A stretch of 64,000 nucleotides of DNA from a virus (taxonomy: Duplodnaviria; Caudoviricetes). Position numbers and translations under genes: made by a program. Under the pieces are notes generated by a model. It had not been told where the DNA came from. It saw only the letters and a program-made list of their open reading frames with translations, and searched no databases. Shown here piece by piece: positions 35,831 through 46,126 of this stretch; position 1 is the stretch's first letter; every line of letters begins with the position of its first letter. The DNA is taken from IMG/VR virus record IMGVR_UViG_3300037418_000840. One strand, written 5' to 3'.

Positions 35831-36685
35831 CTACCAGGAAAGTCCGTATTGAGCCAGACCAGTTGTGATGAGACCAATCAAATCGTCGTTCTGCTCCGGA
35901 AGCTTGGGTTCCGTCCAGCCTCCAACGGCCCCACGTTCTTTGGCTCGGACAGCCAGGGTCTTCATCGACCATTCGATGTACGAATTGAGGACCGGACTCG
36001 CCGGACAATCCTCGAGCTCTTCACCAGCCTTCTTGCGCTGTAAGAGGTCTTCGATTGCGACCCGCACTTCGGGTGCGACTGGTGACGAGGCCAGCAGAGT
36101 CTCGAAGTTCATCGTAGGCATTGTCCCGTGGTCCAATACGTGGGTCGCACACAGGATGGGTCGTAACACGTACAGATACTTCTTGTAGCGAACCCGCTCA
36201 CCTTGTAGGTAGTCGCGAATATTGTTCTGGGCCATACTCACGTAGTTGCCGAACAGCGCGTGTTCAGACCAACGGGCGCGGCTCACGCTGATCAGCTGTT
36301 CGACCCATTGGTCAACCGTCTTGTACGTGATCGGCGACTGAAGCCATTCGTGCAGCGCTGGATTGCTGCGTTGGACTAACGACACAGCCTTAACCAAGTC
36401 CCAGCCGTGGAAGTCCAACACGTCCTTGGTTTCGGGATTGGTTACGAAGTGCGTGACCGAGTCCATGGAATTCGGATCGCCTTTACGGAGGAAGGGTGAA
36501 CTGATGTACCACATTTGGGGCTTGACGTAGATGAAGCGCACGTCGTAGTCGCTGTCCGTCGACGGGAAGCCCCACATACGGGATCCTGATTCGACAGCGA
36601 ATAGGACCGTCAGCTGGCGTTCTTTTTCCAGGACGCGCAGTTGGTCCTGGATAGCTTTTGTGTTGAGTTTGGTGCGATCGTCCAT
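35831..36685 (-). CDS. Pol-beta-fold nucleotidyltransferase (YcgL/RlaP-like)
   Basis: AVESGSRMWGFPSTDSDYDVRFIY; start reassigned to MDDRTK. Confidence 0.85.
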   Translation of the reverse strand: MDDRTKLNTKAIQDQLRVLEKERQLTVLFAVESGSRMWGFPSTDSDYDVRFIYVKPQMWYISSPFLRKGDPNSMDSVTHFVTNPETKDVLDFHGWDLVKAVSLVQRSNPALHEWLQSPITYKTVDQWVEQLISVSRARWSEHALFGNYVSMAQNNIRDYLQGERVRYKKYLYVLRPILCATHVLDHGTMPTMNFETLLASSPVAPEVRVAIEDLLQRKKAGEELEDCPASPVLNSYIEWSMKTLAVRAKERGAVGGWTEPKLPEQNDDLIGLITTGLAQYGLSW

Positions 36686-36692
36686 TTTAGCC

Positions 36693-37175
36693 TTAGCCTC
36701 GTAGTTCGTCGTAACTCTTATCGGAGAGACGGATGAGTCCGGCCATCTGCGCAGCCGGGCCTGAGAAATGTGGATTGCGGCGTTCGAAGTCAAGGATAGC
36801 ACTAAACAGTTGATCGAACGCCTGCACATACTTGTCGGTCTTCGGCCATTCTTGGCCCTTGTACGTTTGACGCAGCATCTTTGCCAGCGGGTTGAAAGCA
36901 CCAACGGCCATCACGTAATCCATGTGATTCTGGATCATGACCGTAGGTCCTGCTGAGTCCACGTTCTGCCCCTGACGCACAAGCTTCCTGCAGAAGTCTA
37001 TGAACTCACCTTCACCGAAGGTGACGAAGCCAAGGATTCCGGCATCAGGATCGGTGTCGACCACTGTGCCGTAGTCCTCGGCCAAGTCCAGTAGGTCTTC
37101 GTCTGAGAAGCCAAACGCATCTGGTGTCGACGCCGGCTCTTTGCTGGACCCAAGGGCGTAGCCTCGGCGTTCCAT
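36693..37175 (-). CDS. hypothetical protein
   Basis: Probable start MERRGY. Confidence 0.6.
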   Translation of the reverse strand: MERRGYALGSSKEPASTPDAFGFSDEDLLDLAEDYGTVVDTDPDAGILGFVTFGEGEFIDFCRKLVRQGQNVDSAGPTVMIQNHMDYVMAVGAFNPLAKMLRQTYKGQEWPKTDKYVQAFDQLFSAILDFERRNPHFSGPAAQMAGLIRLSDKSYDELRG

Positions 37176-37182
37176 GTCTTCT

Positions 37183-37497
37183 TCAAGAGAAGTAATAATG
37201 GGTGGTGACATTGTGCACGACATTGTGAATGTTGGGATTGGTGAACTTGAGGTCCGATACACAGATACAGGCGGCCCCAAGCTCGATGAGTGGTGTCTGC
37301 TGACCTCCAAAGGTATGACTCAGCAGGTCTAGAATTTCTGCAATGACCGACAAGGTCACCGGCTTGTTGTCTTTCAAATCAATGACAGCCGTGGCCCGAT
37401 ATTGACCACTGACTTGCTGCACGAATGCTCGGCGCACGGCGTCAATTTGGGTCAGACGGGACTCGACTAGTCGAAGATGAGCTTTCGGATATTCCAT
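37183..37497 (-). CDS. hypothetical protein
   Basis: Probable start MEYPKAH (GGAGG RBS). Confidence 0.6.
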   Translation of the reverse strand: MEYPKAHLRLVESRLTQIDAVRRAFVQQVSGQYRATAVIDLKDNKPVTLSVIAEILDLLSHTFGGQQTPLIELGAACICVSDLKFTNPNIHNVVHNVTTHYYFS

Positions 37498-37554
37498 AGG
37501 CAACCTCCTGGAGGAGGAACGTCTGTAGTAGCCCGTCCCTCGGAATTGGGTACG

Positions 37555-38784
37555 TCAGGACACTTCCTCATTACGACGGAGCTCCATTCGCCCTTCGTCA
37601 ACAAGAGTGAATTGGTTGAGCGTCGAACTATTGCCTGGACCACCGTGTCGACGAACCGCGTCTTCGACGGTCGACGCTAACGCATTGACCCCAAACATCT
37701 CGGACACGTTGAGGTCCACGGCCTTCAGCATGTGGAACATGTGAAAGATGAGACGCGGGTCACTCACATTGAGAGTCAGATGATAGCCGGGCGGCTCCTT
37801 GTCATTGGCTTGACTAAGCATAAAGCCCTTGACCTTTGCTCGCTCAGGTAACTGGTGGTCGACCATCAACGACACCGTCTTCTGATACGGATCTTCCCCA
37901 CACGTGAGAGCCAGGGCCAGGCTAAGCCCACGACCACTCTTCGGCTTGTACCACGGAAAGATTTGGATTGACAGGCCAGCCGCTTGATACAAGGTGGTTA
38001 ACGACTTATCCGAAGCCCGACCAAGCCAGTCGCAGCGTGCTTGCTTGTCTTCGTCAGACAGCGTCGTCTCATTGAACACAGGATGTTCCGCCGCGCGACG
38101 TGCACGCTCGGCGGGCGATCGGGCCACACTTTTCTGTTCGCTATCCTCGTCGTCATCATCATCGTCATCGTCATCTGCCTCTTCTTCGTCTTCTTCGTAT
38201 CGACTACGGCGCGGTGCTTGTCGTTTGGTGGGCACACCGGTTCGGAACCGAATCGGATCGCTTTGTGCCCAGAGCATGCGCAGCACTGCTCTCTTCAGAT
38301 TCGTATCGATGGTGTCGCTTACGTTTTCCAGCACGTAGTAGATGAACGCAAAGCGATCGCCGAAAACTTGATGTTGGAACAACTCGTTCCACAACGAGTG
38401 GTTGAAACGCATTGACCTGTAATGATTGAACCAGTCGATCACTTGCTGGTCGGTCGTGCATTTGAAGTACGATGCAAAGGCTTCGTGCACGATCGTGGGC
38501 TGGTCGCTGACTTCAATTCCAAAGTCGTTGAGGAACGTGTTGAACTTACCTCGTATGACACTGGACAGATGGTAGTCGTAGAACTTCTGGTACTCGACCG
38601 GATCGAAGAACGCACCATTGGACAGTGCCCAGGTGCAGTCGTCGGGATCACCGAGCAAAGGTATCACATAGAGTGGTATGCGCACGTCCTTCATGTCGTT
38701 ATGAGTGGAAAAGAACGAGACCATGCGGGTGTAGCCGGGGATGCATGCCTTGATTTCTTTCAAGGTTGCCAACGTCGTGTACAT
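37555..38784 (-). CDS. hypothetical protein with an acidic tract
   Basis: Start MYTTLATL (GAGAGG RBS); poly-D/E linker. Confidence 0.75.
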   Translation of the reverse strand: MYTTLATLKEIKACIPGYTRMVSFFSTHNDMKDVRIPLYVIPLLGDPDDCTWALSNGAFFDPVEYQKFYDYHLSSVIRGKFNTFLNDFGIEVSDQPTIVHEAFASYFKCTTDQQVIDWFNHYRSMRFNHSLWNELFQHQVFGDRFAFIYYVLENVSDTIDTNLKRAVLRMLWAQSDPIRFRTGVPTKRQAPRRSRYEEDEEEADDDDDDDDDEDSEQKSVARSPAERARRAAEHPVFNETTLSDEDKQARCDWLGRASDKSLTTLYQAAGLSIQIFPWYKPKSGRGLSLALALTCGEDPYQKTVSLMVDHQLPERAKVKGFMLSQANDKEPPGYHLTLNVSDPRLIFHMFHMLKAVDLNVSEMFGVNALASTVEDAVRRHGGPGNSSTLNQFTLVDEGRMELRRNEEVS

Positions 38785-38867
38785 TCGAACCTCTCTTTTT
38801 GGTGTAGGTAGAAACACGAAAGGCGAGACCATTCGGCCTCGCCCCAAGATGAACTACGTTTTGTCGT

Positions 38868-39587
38868 TTAGCCGCCGAACACGGCGTTGATGTCGATGGA
38901 TCCGGACTTCACTGCCTTTAGCGCAGCAAGGAAGCCTACGAACTTGCCTTGTGTACGATCATTGGCATAGCGCACGGCCCCTGTTCTTGCGTTGGTCGAC
39001 GTCGAATTGTCTGCGTCGGGAAACGCGAGCTCGAATGCGGCGCGAGCACGAGCTTCGACTTCTGCCTCGTTGATCGAACCCGAGTCTTCCGTTTCCGCGA
39101 CGTCGACCGTTGTCGGTGCCAATGCCGCACTGGCGCTGGCCGTAGCCGGCGTCGCTTGTTCCTGCGCCGGTTGAGCCTGCGACTGCCGCTCGAGCGTAAT
39201 CCCTTGATGCCACTTGATCGGCTGACCGAAGACTGCCGACAGGTCAGCATCGACAGCGGTCAGCACTTCGCTGAGCACTGCCGTCTTTGAGCGCGAAGTC
39301 AATTCCGACGGATGATGTTTCTTCACCGCGCTGACGACGGCGGCCGCCGTCGCGTGATTGGCGACCCCGACGGCAAACAGATGCTGGGTTCCCGATTTCA
39401 GATGGACCGACGGTGTCCCGGCGACCCAATGAACGTCTTCCGCGCCGTTCGAGAGGCCTACGGCAGCAATCGGGAAGTACCAGTCGTCCTTCCAATTCGG
39501 ATTGATCTTCTTCAGATTGTTTGCCACTTGGGACACACGCGATTGCATGGCCGACGAGTCACGGAGAGCACGGATGCTGGTCAACAT
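38868..39587 (-). CDS. hypothetical protein
   Basis: GAGGA RBS; Ala/Gln/Thr-rich linker. Confidence 0.75.
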   Translation of the reverse strand: MLTSIRALRDSSAMQSRVSQVANNLKKINPNWKDDWYFPIAAVGLSNGAEDVHWVAGTPSVHLKSGTQHLFAVGVANHATAAAVVSAVKKHHPSELTSRSKTAVLSEVLTAVDADLSAVFGQPIKWHQGITLERQSQAQPAQEQATPATASASAALAPTTVDVAETEDSGSINEAEVEARARAAFELAFPDADNSTSTNARTGAVRYANDRTQGKFVGFLAALKAVKSGSIDINAVFGG

Positions 39588-39630
39588 AATTAGTTCCTCA
39601 GGTTGGTTGATGATACTGCACTACACACTT

Positions 39631-39638
39631 CATTTACT
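39631..39638 (-). promoter_or_regulatory. AGTAAATG promoter-like motif
   Basis: About 44 nt upstream of the ATG at 39587. Confidence 0.5.
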
Positions 39639-39660
39639 ACTGAACGATGCTCAGCCTAAA

Positions 39661-40248
39661 CTAGCGCCGAACAAGACTGCGAAACCAATTCTTGACGCGT
39701 GTCGAGGGCGAGGGCTGCTCTGCAGCTTCGTCTTCTGACGGCGAAGTCAACTGCGTGAGCAACGCGTCGAGATCGAACGCCTGACGTTTCACATATGTAA
39801 GAGACTCGATATCGAGATCGGGTCGATAGTGCCGAAGCTGATCAACTACCTCGTCAAGATGACGCTCTCTCTGAGCGCCTCTTGAATATCGGTCGTTGAT
39901 GGCAGTCAACTTCTCGACCCGGTCGAGATACCATTGGTCGGGCATTGACCGATAGGCTTGGGCCATCAACGATCGATACATCTCTGTATCGCCGTTTCGC
40001 TGATAGCCGTTGGCCTTCCAACGTAAGACTTGAAAGGGTCCCATTTTCTGAACCGATGTGATGTTCTTGGGCAAGTTGAACACTGATTGACCGTCGAAAG
40101 ACTCACCCATGAGAGTGTCACCAATGCGGACCACCGTCATTGCGGCGCGTACACAGAGCTTACGCTCGTTTCTGAACCCGATCCAATAGCTGGAGCCGGG
40201 CTCCAACTGCGTTAGATCCACGCAGGTATCCATGATCTTATTTTCCAT
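39661..40248 (-). CDS. hypothetical protein
   Basis: GAGGA RBS. Confidence 0.65.
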   Translation of the reverse strand: MENKIMDTCVDLTQLEPGSSYWIGFRNERKLCVRAAMTVVRIGDTLMGESFDGQSVFNLPKNITSVQKMGPFQVLRWKANGYQRNGDTEMYRSLMAQAYRSMPDQWYLDRVEKLTAINDRYSRGAQRERHLDEVVDQLRHYRPDLDIESLTYVKRQAFDLDALLTQLTSPSEDEAAEQPSPSTRVKNWFRSLVRR

Positions 40249-40257
40249 GTTAATCCT

Positions 40258-40674
40258 CTAACGTGAAGCTAAGGCTCGGCGTCGGCGCGCTATTTCAGCA
40301 GGAAGCGCCGATTCATGAACTGTTATGTTCAGACCCAACTCCTTCTGATAAGACCGTAAGAAATCGCCGAGAGCCGAATCGAAGACTACGCCGCGCCCAA
40401 TCGACGGGCTTCCAGGAAGGTTCTTAGGATCTACAACAAAGATCGCCCCCTCCTTACGGATCTCAACGTCGATAGGAAACACGGAGGACAAGTCTGGGTG
40501 TTGCCGGGTGATCAGACTGCGGATGGTGTCCATCGTCTTGTCGAATGTCGCCTGATACTTCTCGGGTGCCGACGCAGCCTCGGTCGACCACGATAGCGCA
40601 AACAGGCACAGGTCAGTCATGATGGATCGCGCCAGCTTGTCTACCTTCTCTTGGGTGTGCTTGTCCAGTTCCAT
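40258..40674 (-). CDS. hypothetical protein
   Basis: AAGGA RBS. Confidence 0.65.
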   Translation of the reverse strand: MELDKHTQEKVDKLARSIMTDLCLFALSWSTEAASAPEKYQATFDKTMDTIRSLITRQHPDLSSVFPIDVEIRKEGAIFVVDPKNLPGSPSIGRGVVFDSALGDFLRSYQKELGLNITVHESALPAEIARRRRALASR

Positions 40675-40675
40675 G

Positions 40676-40918
40676 TCATTCCTTTGGAAGGCGTTCGATA
40701 AATCCCGCGCGGGCCGCAGTGGCCCCGCCGGTCACCTGACGAAGAAGAACCCGTTCGGCTTCAGTCCATTGACTGTAGGGCTTGGTCACTAGATTCAGTG
40801 CTAGGGCCTTGCCCAAAGCTTCGCCGACCCAAGCGAGGGTCTCCGAGGTGAGCTTGTCCTTGAGCTGACGCTCGGCCTCAAGCAATTCTCGGAAGCGCAC
40901 GATCGAAATGTTAGGCAT
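40676..40918 (-). CDS. hypothetical protein
   Basis: Tiling. Confidence 0.6.
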   Translation of the reverse strand: MPNISIVRFRELLEAERQLKDKLTSETLAWVGEALGKALALNLVTKPYSQWTEAERVLLRQVTGGATAARAGFIERLPKE

Positions 40919-41293
40919 CTAGGCCCTCGTCTGCCAGTAGTTGATATTGGGCACCGTCTTGCGATAGCCGATGACTTCGTAGAAGGCCCACACGCTTTCG
41001 TGCTTGGTCCTCGGCGCCAGGGCACATGGTCCTTGATCAGGGTCAAAGGCTCGGGCCTCGAACGTCATATGGTGTTTGAAATCCTGCTCATCCTTAACGC
41101 TGAACCAGCGGCTCCGAACCAGGACATGCTTGTTCCTGTAGGCCCCGGCGACGAAGTCTACATTCTTCTGACGGAAAGCCTCGATGCTCACTGTCTGACG
41201 ATAGAATCCAGGTTCCCGCACGTCAGGAACTGAGATCTCGTGAATCTTGAGCGGCGTGCTTCCTTCGTACTCAATGGCATAGAAGGTTCGCAT
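40919..41293 (-). CDS. hypothetical protein
   Basis: AAGGAG RBS. Confidence 0.65.
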   Translation of the reverse strand: MRTFYAIEYEGSTPLKIHEISVPDVREPGFYRQTVSIEAFRQKNVDFVAGAYRNKHVLVRSRWFSVKDEQDFKHHMTFEARAFDPDQGPCALAPRTKHESVWAFYEVIGYRKTVPNINYWQTRA

Positions 41294-41302
41294 ATGAACT
41301 CC

Positions 41303-41581
41303 TTAGTTACAGGCGACTACGTGACTCTGTCTATCAAGTTCAACCGAAGCCGTGGACGAGTTGTATCCGGGATTGAACACCACGTAGGTCACTCCCTTGT
41401 AGCACACTTCTGCTACGTCCTCGATGCGGGACTTGGCTGTGTTCGGCCCTGTGATTATCTGAGCACCGACGCGGGTCGCTGACGTCGCCGAATTGTAGTG
41501 TGCGGTGCCACCAATGGCAAGCCCAAGTCCAACAGCGAGGACCAACATGATGGCCACTATGAATGGTACATTTCCGTTCAT
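41303..41581 (-). CDS. small membrane-anchored protein
   Basis: N-terminal TM, then a C-terminal domain with two Cys. Confidence 0.7.
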   Translation of the reverse strand: MNGNVPFIVAIMLVLAVGLGLAIGGTAHYNSATSATRVGAQIITGPNTAKSRIEDVAEVCYKGVTYVVFNPGYNSSTASVELDRQSHVVACN

Positions 41582-41599
41582 GCGAAGTCCTTGATGTCG

Positions 41600-42019
41600 T
41601 TAGTCAGGAGCTGAGACCCCAGACTGGAACGTGTAAGACAGGTTCCCCGAATGAGATCCGTACATGCCTAGCTGCACTTTGGACCACGCTTCTCGCTCGG
41701 CCGTAGTCAATGGCCGGGCCAGTTCAAAGGGCACCATCACGTTGAAGAGCCCAAGCCCTTCAACGAACATGCCCCACAGGTAGTCCACGCCATCGATGGT
41801 CCCACGATGACTCGCATGAAAAAGCTCCCAGTCATGGTCGTCTATGCGTTCCAGATGAGCCGAGTGAATGCCACCCAGATACGACATCAACTTATGACAA
41901 GCACCACGGACCGCGTAGTGCTCAACGTGCTTCTGGATCTCCGGACGATACACTAACTTGTCCATGTTGAGCATCGGATCAATCCACGGGAAGCGCTGGA
42001 CGAACTCGTCTTCGTTCAT
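41600..42019 (-). CDS. hypothetical protein
   Basis: AGGAG RBS. Confidence 0.65.
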   Translation of the reverse strand: MNEDEFVQRFPWIDPMLNMDKLVYRPEIQKHVEHYAVRGACHKLMSYLGGIHSAHLERIDDHDWELFHASHRGTIDGVDYLWGMFVEGLGLFNVMVPFELARPLTTAEREAWSKVQLGMYGSHSGNLSYTFQSGVSAPD

Positions 42020-42034
42020 AATGACTCCTAGTTG

Positions 42035-42406
42035 TTAGTGAGTGTGCCAGCCAGGGAACACCGAGTCCATAATCTCAGCATAGTCAGCGAAGTCGACTAC
42101 ACAGCGAGCATCATTCTCCTGCTGGATAGGAGACATCAGGCACACGAATCCGTGCTGGACAACGAAGAACTTGTCGATCGGCGTTTCGAATGCGATGGAC
42201 AGTCGATAGGGATCGGCCGGCTGCTCTTGCCGTTCGGCAACGACATAGCCGTACAGGCCGCAGACGCCACGTTTTGTGGACGGAGGATTATCGTGCATGA
42301 ACAGGTAGTCGACACGAGTTCCGAGAAGGGACCCTGGACTGGCGACCCCACGCAGATCGATAATCTGCTGCTCGGTCAGAATCTTGGCACGCATTTCGAT
42401 GCTCAT
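42035..42406 (-). CDS. hypothetical protein
   Basis: Coupled to the ligase stop codon. Confidence 0.6.
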   Translation of the reverse strand: MSIEMRAKILTEQQIIDLRGVASPGSLLGTRVDYLFMHDNPPSTKRGVCGLYGYVVAERQEQPADPYRLSIAFETPIDKFFVVQHGFVCLMSPIQQENDARCVVDFADYAEIMDSVFPGWHTH

Positions 42407-44406
42407 AACGGAATCCTATACTTGCGGCAGAAATCCGGCCAATGCATCGCCTTGGATCCCGCCTTGTTGATCTTGTCCATGAACTTGGCACCCTTGCGCC
42501 ACAGTAGGACATCCATCTTTGGACCGTAGGACACAACCTCGCCGCCGTAGCGAACGATCGTAGCCTCTTGCTCGGTATCACGATACGATGTGAACGCAAC
42601 GTGAACACCGGTCAGCGGGCCAGTGATTGACCGCTTCTTAGCAGGAAGATCCCCGTTGACTTTGAGATACTTGGCGATAGGCTTGTACCAACGACGGAAC
42701 TGAAGGACGCCATCGTATATGATGTCGGCCGTCTTTTCACTGAAACCCTTGATCTGGGTCACCGTCGGTACGATACGCTCGGCCTTCATGTTGCAGAGGT
42801 CACGCATAGACAAGCCAGCGGCTTCCAACTGCTCGAGCTTGCGGCGGCCCATGCCACCGCGTTCGAAGCACCCGCTGGCAACCATCAGTTTCTTCAAAGG
42901 GATGGTCTTCGACAACACGTCGTGCAACGACTTGACCATGTTGTAGGCTTCGCCCTCACCGAAACCTGCGTCGACGAATCGCTGTTGGAAATCAACGATA
43001 GCCCGGGAACCTCTCACGGTCGTCTTCATAAAGAGACCTTTGCCTCTCACCACCTTTTCCTTGACTACAGGAGGAGTCATAGTGGCTACGGGTACGAAGG
43101 CGTGCGTCGTCGTGAATCCAGCGTCGTACAGTTTGGACAAGCGCTTCAATGCGAGTTGCTCGATCCCCAGGCTGGTCATGAAGTGATGGATGCCACGGAG
43201 CTCCGTCTGCTTGTCGTGATCCAGCATGTAGAAGAATCGGCCTCGGATTTCGTATGGACCCGGAGGCGGCACAAACTTTGCCTTCTTCACAACACCAACG
43301 ATCTTGGGGATGACGCCACCGCTGCGTAACACCTTGACCACCGCACCGGGACCTATTCCACGCTCCATCAGCCATGCGGGATTATGGGCTGTCGCGTTTG
43401 TAACTGTGACACCGTCCATCTTGGTTGGCGGGATCGTAATCTTGGGTTGCCAACGCTTGAGTCGTGTTTTCTGCCAGACGAAAGACTTGACCACGACCTG
43501 GTCAGCCCCCTCCTCGTCGTTGAACTTGAAGGCAACGAGCTCCTTGGGGCGATCGTTGTTCGCATAGTTGAGAACGAATCCCGAATCGGCCAAGACCAAG
43601 CCGTCCATCTCATAGACGCTAGTCTTGCGTTCAGCGTCCAACACGGCAGACAGAGTGTCTGCCGTTATGGTCGAAGGCCGGACCAAATCGTGGGCCACCA
43701 CGTTGAATCCCCATTTGCGGGCATGGTGCAGACCGCTGGCAAGCGAGTAGCCATAAACCCCGAGGACCACGAGATCGATATCTGACAGTGCCGGATGTTC
43801 CTCCTTGCGGTTGAACACACCATTGACCCCATTGCGGATATTGTCCCAACCGAGCTTGGCCCCTGCCGCCTTCTTGGTCCATTTGGCCTTGAAGGTCTTC
43901 AACTTCATCAAGCCTTCAAGGCGAAACACTACCTGCGTGGATTCCGCAGGAATCGTGGCCGGAATGAGCTTGCGTCGCAGAAGCCATGGAATGAAGAACG
44001 AGATGTCACCACCCAGAAGGCCATCACCTCGCGTGATCAACCGTGTGGGCTTTAATCGCTTGGACCGGCCCTCGTATACGAGTTGTAGACTGGTCCCGTC
44101 CAGCTTGTGCATGCGGATCCATGAAGTGATCCGACGTGCCCACGGCTTGCGCACCAACTTGGGCACGCCTTCGGGATAGAACTTATCGAGCGACGGCATT
44201 GGCTTGACCAACTCGACTTCAGTCTTCTTGTCAGCAACACGGGTCCCAGTCGCACGCAGTGGCTTCCACTTCGGATCAGCCTCACGGATCTCATCCTCGA
44301 GACGATCGAACTTGGCATCCGACATGATCGGTTGCTCGTTGTAGTAGGCGGCGCGCGCCCGCTCATACAACGCCTTCTTTTCGGCAAGCGTCTTTGCAGT
44401 TGCCAT
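42403..44406 (-). CDS. ligA: NAD-dependent DNA ligase
   Basis: Domain Ia YY...PIMSDAKFD, MPSLDK, KLDG adenylation motif, EMDGLV, AFKF, OB fold RSGGVIPKI, BRCT-like end. Confidence 0.93.
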   Translation of the reverse strand: MATAKTLAEKKALYERARAAYYNEQPIMSDAKFDRLEDEIREADPKWKPLRATGTRVADKKTEVELVKPMPSLDKFYPEGVPKLVRKPWARRITSWIRMHKLDGTSLQLVYEGRSKRLKPTRLITRGDGLLGGDISFFIPWLLRRKLIPATIPAESTQVVFRLEGLMKLKTFKAKWTKKAAGAKLGWDNIRNGVNGVFNRKEEHPALSDIDLVVLGVYGYSLASGLHHARKWGFNVVAHDLVRPSTITADTLSAVLDAERKTSVYEMDGLVLADSGFVLNYANNDRPKELVAFKFNDEEGADQVVVKSFVWQKTRLKRWQPKITIPPTKMDGVTVTNATAHNPAWLMERGIGPGAVVKVLRSGGVIPKIVGVVKKAKFVPPPGPYEIRGRFFYMLDHDKQTELRGIHHFMTSLGIEQLALKRLSKLYDAGFTTTHAFVPVATMTPPVVKEKVVRGKGLFMKTTVRGSRAIVDFQQRFVDAGFGEGEAYNMVKSLHDVLSKTIPLKKLMVASGCFERGGMGRRKLEQLEAAGLSMRDLCNMKAERIVPTVTQIKGFSEKTADIIYDGVLQFRRWYKPIAKYLKVNGDLPAKKRSITGPLTGVHVAFTSYRDTEQEATIVRYGGEVVSYGPKMDVLLWRKGAKFMDKINKAGSKAMHWPDFCRKYRIPL

Positions 44407-44407
44407 C

Positions 44408-44551
44408 TTAGGTGCTCCATCGCGGGGCCGTCATTGGTGTTGACGACGGCTTTTCTACGCTGATTGTCAGCTCAGTTGGTGACATGAGATACAGGGCGAG
44501 ACCGAGAAGTGCGGTCACCGCCAAGATAATCTTCCACTTGAGGTCTTTCAT
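44408..44551 (-). CDS. small membrane peptide (47 aa)
   Basis: My translation MKDLKWKIILAVTALLGLALYLMS...; ATGA overlap. Confidence 0.55.
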   Translation of the reverse strand: MKDLKWKIILAVTALLGLALYLMSPTELTISVEKPSSTPMTAPRWST

Positions 44552-44772
44552 TGGTCACCGACCACCTCTGTGAGCTCGACTTCGAGCATGAAGCGGGCTT
44601 CCTCTTCAGAGAGGCCCTCTTGCATCATGAAGCCTACAAGTTGGGCATCATAGCGACCGTCTCGTACAGCAGGGGCTACCTCACCATAAAGGAGCATGAG
44701 TTTGCCAACTGCGATGAGCAGGGCCGCGCGTTGCTTGATGATCTCGGGCGGGACCGTAACTTTGGTGTTCAT
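44548..44772 (-). CDS. hypothetical protein
   Basis: Tiling. Confidence 0.6.
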   Translation of the reverse strand: MNTKVTVPPEIIKQRAALLIAVGKLMLLYGEVAPAVRDGRYDAQLVGFMMQEGLSEEEARFMLEVELTEVVGDQ

Positions 44773-44805
44773 GGCAATTCCCTATTTTCGTATGCGTGAA
44801 AGTGC

Positions 44806-44831
44806 GAAAGGGGAAGCACGAAGGCTTCCCC
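44806..44831 (-). terminator. intrinsic terminator
   Basis: GGGGAAGC/GCTTCCCC followed by TTT. Confidence 0.75.
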
Positions 44832-44844
44832 AAGAATTCCTGCC

Positions 44845-45639
44845 TTACTTCTCGATGCGGATACCGAACTTGTCGGTGATGAGGCGATGGATGCTGTCCG
44901 TGCCATTGACGTACGTCAGATTCTGGCCGCGTAGCCCATCGAGATTGCCCTTACACCACTTGGTCTTGAACGTGAAGTCCATGGTGTCCATCGTGTTCTT
45001 AACCCGCTTCAGCCCCTCGTCCCCGTCGAGGAAGAAGAAGTGGACGTGACCCTGGTACGTTTTCTCCAACGAATTGCGTTGCGCACCTTGGAGGCCAAGG
45101 ACCAGAATCTTAGGCAAGCGCTTGGCCGGCTGTGACGCCGTGACTTCGGAGACAGGGGTCGGTTGCGAAAGAGCCGGGTCAGGCGGGAGCATACCGGGCA
45201 GACGGCGATCGAGTACCGCGTTGATCTCCTCACGCATGAGGCGACGCTGCGTCTCGGGGTCCATCATGTGGACAATTCGCTTCATGAACTCGCCCATGAT
45301 CTCGGCTGTCGTGAACTTATCGAGCGACAGATTTGTCTGGAACTGCTGCACTACATCGTGTTCGATCTTGGGGCTGACGACGGGTTGAATGGCCGCACGT
45401 TTCGGCGCTGCGCGGTGGCCCTTGGCCACGAGCTCACGCCAGATCGGCTGGACGAAATCTGCTTGCTGCATCTGGGTCAACTCTCGCCAATCAGCGGGGT
45501 CCACCAGTTCACGCATTGCCACACGGATCGCTTCCAGATCGGTGTCTGCCCAATTCGAATCGGTCTTAATTTCGAAGGCGCGCACTGCGATTGCGTGCTT
45601 GACATCCGACTTCCAGAAGATGCGACGTTGTTTCGGCAT
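44845..45639 (-). CDS. hypothetical early protein
   Basis: Directly downstream of a dyad promoter and an RBS hairpin. Confidence 0.75.
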   Translation of the reverse strand: MPKQRRIFWKSDVKHAIAVRAFEIKTDSNWADTDLEAIRVAMRELVDPADWRELTQMQQADFVQPIWRELVAKGHRAAPKRAAIQPVVSPKIEHDVVQQFQTNLSLDKFTTAEIMGEFMKRIVHMMDPETQRRLMREEINAVLDRRLPGMLPPDPALSQPTPVSEVTASQPAKRLPKILVLGLQGAQRNSLEKTYQGHVHFFFLDGDEGLKRVKNTMDTMDFTFKTKWCKGNLDGLRGQNLTYVNGTDSIHRLITDKFGIRIEK

Positions 45640-45647
45640 GATGATTA

Positions 45648-45662
45648 GTCCTTTCGATAGAC
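45648..45662 (-). promoter_or_regulatory. conserved RBS hairpin (GUC-UAUCGAAAG-GAC)
   Basis: One of seven copies. Confidence 0.7.
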
Positions 45663-45722
45663 GGGTAAGTTTTGAGGCCCTTCACGGTCCGGCCTCGATT
45701 GAGTGGGCGTCGCCCACGCCCT

Positions 45723-45775
45723 ATTATACCATGTGCGGGCGGCGCGCAAGTTACGAGTGTTGCGTTTATACAACA
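45723..45775 (-). promoter_or_regulatory. extended -10 promoter with upstream TGTTG-N8-CAACA dyad
   Basis: TGGTATAAT; TTGCGC 15 nt upstream; dyad at 45758-45775. Confidence 0.8.
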
Positions 45776-46107
45776 GTGGGTGGCGCGTCGGCTGCGACGG
45801 TTAGGGCGCGAAATTCGTCCTCGGTTATAGGGAGTGCCAACGCATCGCCCTGACGGTTGAACGTCATCGGCACACGTTCACCAGCACGAATCGACGCATA
45901 CGCGAGATGCTCAGGTGCCAGGATGATGCCCGACACCCAGGTAGGTCCTAGGACCGGTCGCGTAGGCGCATCGATCTGATGAACTTCGATCACAATGGCA
46001 CCAACGAAGTTGAGACTCAGGATGATTGCCCGATCGCCACGTTTCAGTGAATCGATCCGGACTTGACGGCCTTGACCTTTGTGAAAAGCTTCCAGGATAG
46101 GCAGCAT
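45766..46107 (-). CDS. hypothetical protein
   Basis: ORF following a terminator. Confidence 0.6.
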   Translation of the reverse strand: MLPILEAFHKGQGRQVRIDSLKRGDRAIILSLNFVGAIVIEVHQIDAPTRPVLGPTWVSGIILAPEHLAYASIRAGERVPMTFNRQGDALALPITEDEFRALTVAADAPPTVV

Positions 46108-46126
46108 GGTCTTCTCGCTTGCTATG

